The notes under the pieces: model-generated | What the model saw: only the letters and a program-made list of their open reading frames with translations | What the model was told of the DNA's origin: nothing | Databases searched by the model: none | DNA from: Methanococcus maripaludis | Lineage (GTDB): Archaea > AGJL01 > Methanococci > Methanococcales > Methanococcaceae | NCBI RefSeq assembly: GCF_002945325.1 | Contig: NZ_CP026606.1 | Span: forward strand, 150,001-182,000 | Direction of reading: 5' to 3' | Length of the DNA: 32,000 bases | In this document: one piece after another, positions 27,621-32,000 of the stretch | How the letters are laid out: every line of letters begins with the position of its first letter | Numbering within the stretch: position 1 is the stretch's first letter | Program-made: the position numbers and the translations under genes

Positions 27621-29768
27621 TTGAATTTTTTTAAAAAAGTTTTAGTAATTTTGTTACTAGTCGCATCAATTTCAGTAAATTTTTCAGAATCTGTAGACGA
27701 TGGAACGTATATTTATCACAATTTTACAAAAGCAGATGCAGAAGAAATTGGAGTGGATGAAAATACAACTGATTACGAAAAAAATGAAACTATTCAGACG
27801 TTTTCAGATTCATATAATGATATTTACGTAACGGGATGTTTTCTCCCAACTAAAGAAGAATTAATGTCAATGTCAGAACAAATTACGGTTGTTGAAGGAG
27901 TATCTGAATCTGCAAATCTATCAAATAATACTTATCTTGACCTTTCAAAAGACCCTTGCTTTCCAACTGTTGGAGATCAGGGCAAAATTGGTTCCTGTGC
28001 CTCATGGGCAATATTATATTATGCAAACTCATACCTGCAGGCAAAAATTCATAATTATGATTTAAAAGGAAATGATAGTTTAAAATGTTTTAACCCAATG
28101 TGGGCTTATAATAAGATAAATGATGGGAAAAATGAAGGTTCAGGACTTATTGGTAATCTAAACCTAATTTCAAGACTCGGTAGTGCAACATATGAAACCA
28201 TGCCTCCAACAAATAATTACACGATTTGGGGGAATGAAGAAGCATGGCTTGAAGCACCCCAGTACAGAATAACGGGTTATGAAATATCTTCAACAAATAA
28301 TACCGACGTTATGAAATCCTGGCTAAATGAAGGATCTGTAATTATTATTGCAATGCACGGCGAAGACATATTTACATTTGACAATAATTCAATACTTTCA
28401 GATTTTGATCAATCACACAATGTATCAAACCACGCGCAGGCGGTTATCGGGTATGATGACAGCATATCTGAAGACAACGAAACAGGTGCTTTTAAAGTCA
28501 TGAACTCGTGGGGTGCCAACTGGAGCCCAAATGGTGATGGAAGTTACTATATGACATATAAAGCAATGGCAAATTTGAATTATACAACATGTTATAGAAT
28601 AACGAGTGCAGTTTATAATGATTCAGATTCTCATCCAGAATTATTTGGAGTTTTAAGATTTGATCCTGAAAATAAAGGTACAAAAGATCAAAATATAACT
28701 TTGGGTATTGGAAACGAATCAAATATTTCTGGATTTGTAGATATATATGAAAGTATAAATCACAATGGCGGAAACGGTTCAATGCCTGATTTTATCGCAA
28801 TCGATTTAACCGACTGGAAATCTGAATTTGAAAACTCATTAAACACCACTGGAAAAGGAGATTACTTTGTTAATTTTTCAAATGGAACGGAAACTTCAAT
28901 AATTTCTGAATTTGGAATAATTAAATACCGCTCTTATCCAGATATCGAAGAAATAAATACATTAAATTCTTACAATTGCAATAAATCAGTAGTATTTAAG
29001 TTTTACAGTAAAACGGCCCCTGAAATTATTAATTCAAGCGTAAATGTTTTGGAAAACGAAGTTGTCGTTTCAATACATGCAGAAGACGTTGAAGATGACT
29101 TATGGGGCGTCAATGTATGTTTTGATGGATCAAATGAGTACTATTCATTAACTAGGGCAAATCAAACGTTTAATACATCATTTAATAAATCCATGTTTTC
29201 TTATGGGGAACACTACGCGATATTTGAAGCTTTTGATGGTTCAGGAAACACAAATAAAAGTGAAAAGGTATATTTTGAAATTTTGGCCCCAACTACTACT
29301 TCAAGAAACACGGGAAGTCACTACAGTTCTGATCTTTCTGAAGGAATAGATTCTGGAACTATTAAAAGAGCAGTTTCAAATTCAAATATTGTATATGGAA
29401 ATAATATTGATCAAGGATATGCAGAAGAATTAAGAGAAAATGTTCAAAATGGAAATAATTACGAACTTTCTAAAGATACAATAATTGTAGGCGGTCCAGA
29501 ATCAAACGGATTTGCTGACAAGTACGATTCAGAATTTGAAATATCCATTTCAAATGATAATCCTGGAGAAAATAGGGGAATTATTCAAATTCAAACTATC
29601 GAAGTAAGGGATGGAAATATCATTAAGCCATATCAAGTAATTTATATCGCAGGTTCTGAAAGGTTAGGAACACAAGCTGCTTTAGAATACTTTAAAACTT
29701 TAGAAAAACTTCCCGATATGCCCCTTACTGTTGAATGGACTGAAAATGGACCCGTAGTTGTTGAATAG
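27621..29768 (+). CDS. Papain-family (C1A) cysteine peptidase with S-layer-like C-terminal domain
   Basis: DQGKIGSCASWAILYYANSY (catalytic Cys region), SNHAQAVIGYDD (His) and VMNSWGANWSPNGDGSYYMTY (Asn). C-terminal DQGYAEELRENVQ...VGGPESNGFADKY...YIAGSERLGTQAALEYFKTLEKLP matches the 24777..26027 product. TTG start. Confidence 0.85.
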   Translation: MNFFKKVLVILLLVASISVNFSESVDDGTYIYHNFTKADAEEIGVDENTTDYEKNETIQTFSDSYNDIYVTGCFLPTKEELMSMSEQITVVEGVSESANLSNNTYLDLSKDPCFPTVGDQGKIGSCASWAILYYANSYLQAKIHNYDLKGNDSLKCFNPMWAYNKINDGKNEGSGLIGNLNLISRLGSATYETMPPTNNYTIWGNEEAWLEAPQYRITGYEISSTNNTDVMKSWLNEGSVIIIAMHGEDIFTFDNNSILSDFDQSHNVSNHAQAVIGYDDSISEDNETGAFKVMNSWGANWSPNGDGSYYMTYKAMANLNYTTCYRITSAVYNDSDSHPELFGVLRFDPENKGTKDQNITLGIGNESNISGFVDIYESINHNGGNGSMPDFIAIDLTDWKSEFENSLNTTGKGDYFVNFSNGTETSIISEFGIIKYRSYPDIEEINTLNSYNCNKSVVFKFYSKTAPEIINSSVNVLENEVVVSIHAEDVEDDLWGVNVCFDGSNEYYSLTRANQTFNTSFNKSMFSYGEHYAIFEAFDGSGNTNKSEKVYFEILAPTTTSRNTGSHYSSDLSEGIDSGTIKRAVSNSNIVYGNNIDQGYAEELRENVQNGNNYELSKDTIIVGGPESNGFADKYDSEFEISISNDNPGENRGIIQIQTIEVRDGNIIKPYQVIYIAGSERLGTQAALEYFKTLEKLPDMPLTVEWTENGPVVVE
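29667..29701 (+). repeat. 35-nt exact repeat, copy 2
   Basis: Identical to 25926-25960 by eye. Confidence 0.85.
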
Positions 29769-29847
29769 TTAATTTATTTTTCTTTTTTTTAATATTTTGG
29801 AATTATATTTATACTTAAAAAACATATATTTCCCACGAGGAGATATA

Positions 29848-30360
29848 TTGCATAAAGAAATACCCATATCGATCCTGAAAGTCAGAGATTTTGAAGATTT
29901 TGATGAAAATAATCTTTTTGAAATGCCATTTAAAAGAAAAATCAGGATTTCAAATGTCAAAGTGTCCCAATCTGGAAAAGCATACTTTTTTATACGGACT
30001 GATGATTTTCAGGAATTTAAAATTTACACGGAAAATTTAAGCGAAAAAATTCAGTTTATACTTAAGAAGGCCGATGGATTTGTAACTGATGGATATGATG
30101 CATTACAATACGTGACTTTTGAAAATTTAAAAAATAAAAAACCTAAGAATAGTAAAAAATCGAAAAAAATACTGGTTAAAATGCCATTATGGCTTGCAAA
30201 CAATAATGAAATCCATTTTGGAGAAGTTATCGAAAAGTTTCGATATATTAATTTTGAATTCGTCGGAGAATCTAAAAAGGGTATCTGTGTGTATTCAAAA
30301 GAATTAAATAAAAAGTTATGGCTCCCAAAAAGCATTATCCAGTATGAAAATCAAGAATAA
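29848..30360 (+). CDS. Hypothetical basic cytosolic protein (about 170 aa)
   Basis: TTG start at 29848 preceded by RBS GAGGAG at 29837-29842. The ORF track extends upstream to 29797. No family recognised. Confidence 0.6.
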   Translation: MHKEIPISILKVRDFEDFDENNLFEMPFKRKIRISNVKVSQSGKAYFFIRTDDFQEFKIYTENLSEKIQFILKKADGFVTDGYDALQYVTFENLKNKKPKNSKKSKKILVKMPLWLANNNEIHFGEVIEKFRYINFEFVGESKKGICVYSKELNKKLWLPKSIIQYENQE

Positions 30361-30446
30361 AATCGCTGGAATTATCCAAAACATTATTATATTTTCAGTG
30401 TCTTTTTTAGTAAATTAATTGTTATTTTAGGTATCTAGGTGAAATT

Positions 30447-31055
30447 TTGAATAAATCAAAAAAATTGGAAATTTTAAAAGCATTATTTTACACGTGCATG
30501 ATACTCGCAAACGTCATAGCTGTTAAAATCGGCAGTTTTTGGGGTTATGTTATGACTGTAGGAATTTTAACGTACCCAATCACGTATTTAATGACTGATA
30601 TAATAAGTGAATGCTGGTCAAAAGAGGAAGCAAGAAACACAGTCATTTTTGGATTTGTTTTAAGCATTATTTCTGTCATTGTTACCCAATCAGCAGTTTT
30701 GGTTCCAAATGCACCATTTTACGATGGTTCATCATTTGAAGCCGTGTTTAATTTTGTTCCAAGGGTAGTTTTAGCATCATTAATGGCATATTTTGTATCC
30801 CAAAACATTGACGTTTCGCTATTCCACAAAATTAAATCATATACTGGAAAAAAACATTTATGGATTAGAAACAATATCTCTACAATGGTAAGCCAGTTAT
30901 TTGATAGTTTTTTATTCATTTCAATTGCTTTTTACGGCATATTGCCAGTTGATGCGATAATAACAATGATTGGGGTGCAGTACGGATTTAAATTTATTAT
31001 AGCAATAATGGATACTCCGTTTATATACCTTGGAAGGCATTGGATTGAAAAATAA
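30447..31055 (+). CDS. YhhQ/VUT-family transporter (queuosine/archaeosine precursor transporter)
   Basis: FYTCMILANVIAVKIGSFWGYVMTVGILTYPITYLMTDIISECWSKEEARNTVIFGF is the conserved N-terminus of the YhhQ (DUF165) family. TTG start with RBS AGGTGA. Confidence 0.85.
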   Translation: MNKSKKLEILKALFYTCMILANVIAVKIGSFWGYVMTVGILTYPITYLMTDIISECWSKEEARNTVIFGFVLSIISVIVTQSAVLVPNAPFYDGSSFEAVFNFVPRVVLASLMAYFVSQNIDVSLFHKIKSYTGKKHLWIRNNISTMVSQLFDSFLFISIAFYGILPVDAIITMIGVQYGFKFIIAIMDTPFIYLGRHWIEK

Positions 31056-31101
31056 AAAATAGTTAAATTTTAAGATTTATTTTAAGATTTAAGATTCTTA
31101 A

Positions 31102-31887
31102 TTATTTTTTAAACGTATTAGTTCTTGCCCCAGCAACTTGGTTCGCAATCCTTGCGGCAAATGCACCTGCAACAAATCCTGCATCGATATTTACAACAGA
31201 TACTACCGAACAGGACTGAAGCATTGATAAAAGTGCAGCTTCACCCTTTGCACCAGCACCGTAACCAGTAGATACTGGAAGACCGACAACTGGGACATCA
31301 ACAAGTGCAGAAACCACTGTTGGAAGAGTTCCTTCCCTTCCAGCAGCAACTACAATTGAATCAGGTTTTTTATTCTTTAGTATCTCCATTTCATTAACAA
31401 GCCTGTGAAGTCCCGCAACTCCAACATCATATATTGCAATTGTTTCACAGCCCATTTCTGAAGCGGTCATTTTCGCTTCTTCTGCTACATCAATATCTGC
31501 AGTACCTGCAGTAATTACTGCAACTACACCGCCAGTTTTTTTAATTGGCGTACCATTATGAACTACTGCTGTAGTTGAATGAATGCCCCATTCAATCTCA
31601 CCAGATTTAAAATTTGATTGCAGTGCAGTTCTATGGGTTTCACTAATACGTGTGATTAAAACACGACCACTGGCATCCCTTTGAGCTTTTGCAATTTTTA
31701 CTACGTCTTCAGGGGTTTTTCCTTCAGCAAGCAATGCTTCAATAATTCCTGTTCGATGTTTTCGAAAAGTATCTATTTTAGCAATATCGGTTACTGATAC
31801 GTATCCCATTGAACGAATAGCTGCTTCAGCAGTTTCAATATCTGTTTCACTGTTTTTTACGTTATTCAATATACTTTTGAGGTCCAT
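31102..31887 (-). CDS. larB: LarB-family (AIR carboxylase-like) nickel pincer cofactor biosynthesis protein
   Basis: GVVAVITAGTADIDVAEEA, VVAAGREGTLPTVVSALVDVPVVGLPVSTGYGAGAKGEAALLSMLQSCS. Confidence 0.9.
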   Translation of the reverse strand: MDLKSILNNVKNSETDIETAEAAIRSMGYVSVTDIAKIDTFRKHRTGIIEALLAEGKTPEDVVKIAKAQRDASGRVLITRISETHRTALQSNFKSGEIEWGIHSTTAVVHNGTPIKKTGGVVAVITAGTADIDVAEEAKMTASEMGCETIAIYDVGVAGLHRLVNEMEILKNKKPDSIVVAAGREGTLPTVVSALVDVPVVGLPVSTGYGAGAKGEAALLSMLQSCSVVSVVNIDAGFVAGAFAARIANQVAGARTNTFKK

Positions 31888-31898
31888 TTGGTACTCAC

Positions 31899-32000
31899 CT
31901 ACATTTTAAAAACACTCTTTACCATAGCCATTTTTTCATCATTATCAAGACCTTCAAATTCAGCTACAACTTTTTCGAGCATTTCAGGTATCTGGATATT
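31899..32000 (-). CDS. C-terminal fragment of an upstream gene (runs off the window)
   Basis: Minus-strand frame ...NIQIPEMLEKVVAEFEGLDNDEKMAMVKSVFKM* stops at 31899-31901, just before the larB RBS/ATG. Confidence 0.55.
   Translation of the reverse strand, partial: NIQIPEMLEKVVAEFEGLDNDEKMAMVKSVFKM

Noticed and set aside
1-32000. tRNA or rRNA genes
   Set aside because: No GC-rich cloverleaf-like segments or rRNA-like sequence noticed in any intergenic region. A tRNAscan-SE run would be decisive.

Overview
The window is AT-rich archaeal chromosome with gene content typical of Methanococcus (M. maripaludis-like; this is an inference, no search was run). It falls into three parts. (1) About 0.1-9.3 kb holds a corrinoid/one-carbon methyltransferase gene set: a corrinoid protein, three uroporphyrinogen-decarboxylase-fold (MtaA/MtbA/MtsA-like) methyltransferases, a RamA-like [2Fe-2S]/ASKHA activator, a G3E/CobW GTPase, a 2-hydroxyacyl-CoA-dehydratase-type double-CxxC protein and an MFS transporter. 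It resembles the selenium-starvation-induced dimethylselenide demethylation genes (sdm) described in M. voltae. (2) About 11.1-22.2 kb holds two divergent operons of cysteine-containing, selenium-free isoenzymes: [vhcD-vhcG-vhcA-vhcB-hdrA-fwdB/fwcB] and [frcA-frcD-frcG-frcB]. Together with (1) this looks like a selenium-deprivation island combining selenium scavenging with Sec-free backups. The divergent intergenic region carries a 30-nt element present once in front of each operon in mirrored orientation (24/30 identical by eye), plus further inverted elements. (3) About 22.3-32 kb holds a PC4/YdbC-like protein, a cell-surface cluster (two beta-helix proteins, a transglutaminase-like lipoprotein, and a papain-like protease carrying the same C-terminal domain as one beta-helix protein), a YhhQ-like transporter, and larB. 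The first beta-helix gene has a strong RBS but no canonical start codon at the right spacing. I found no CRISPR array, transposase, tRNA or rRNA.
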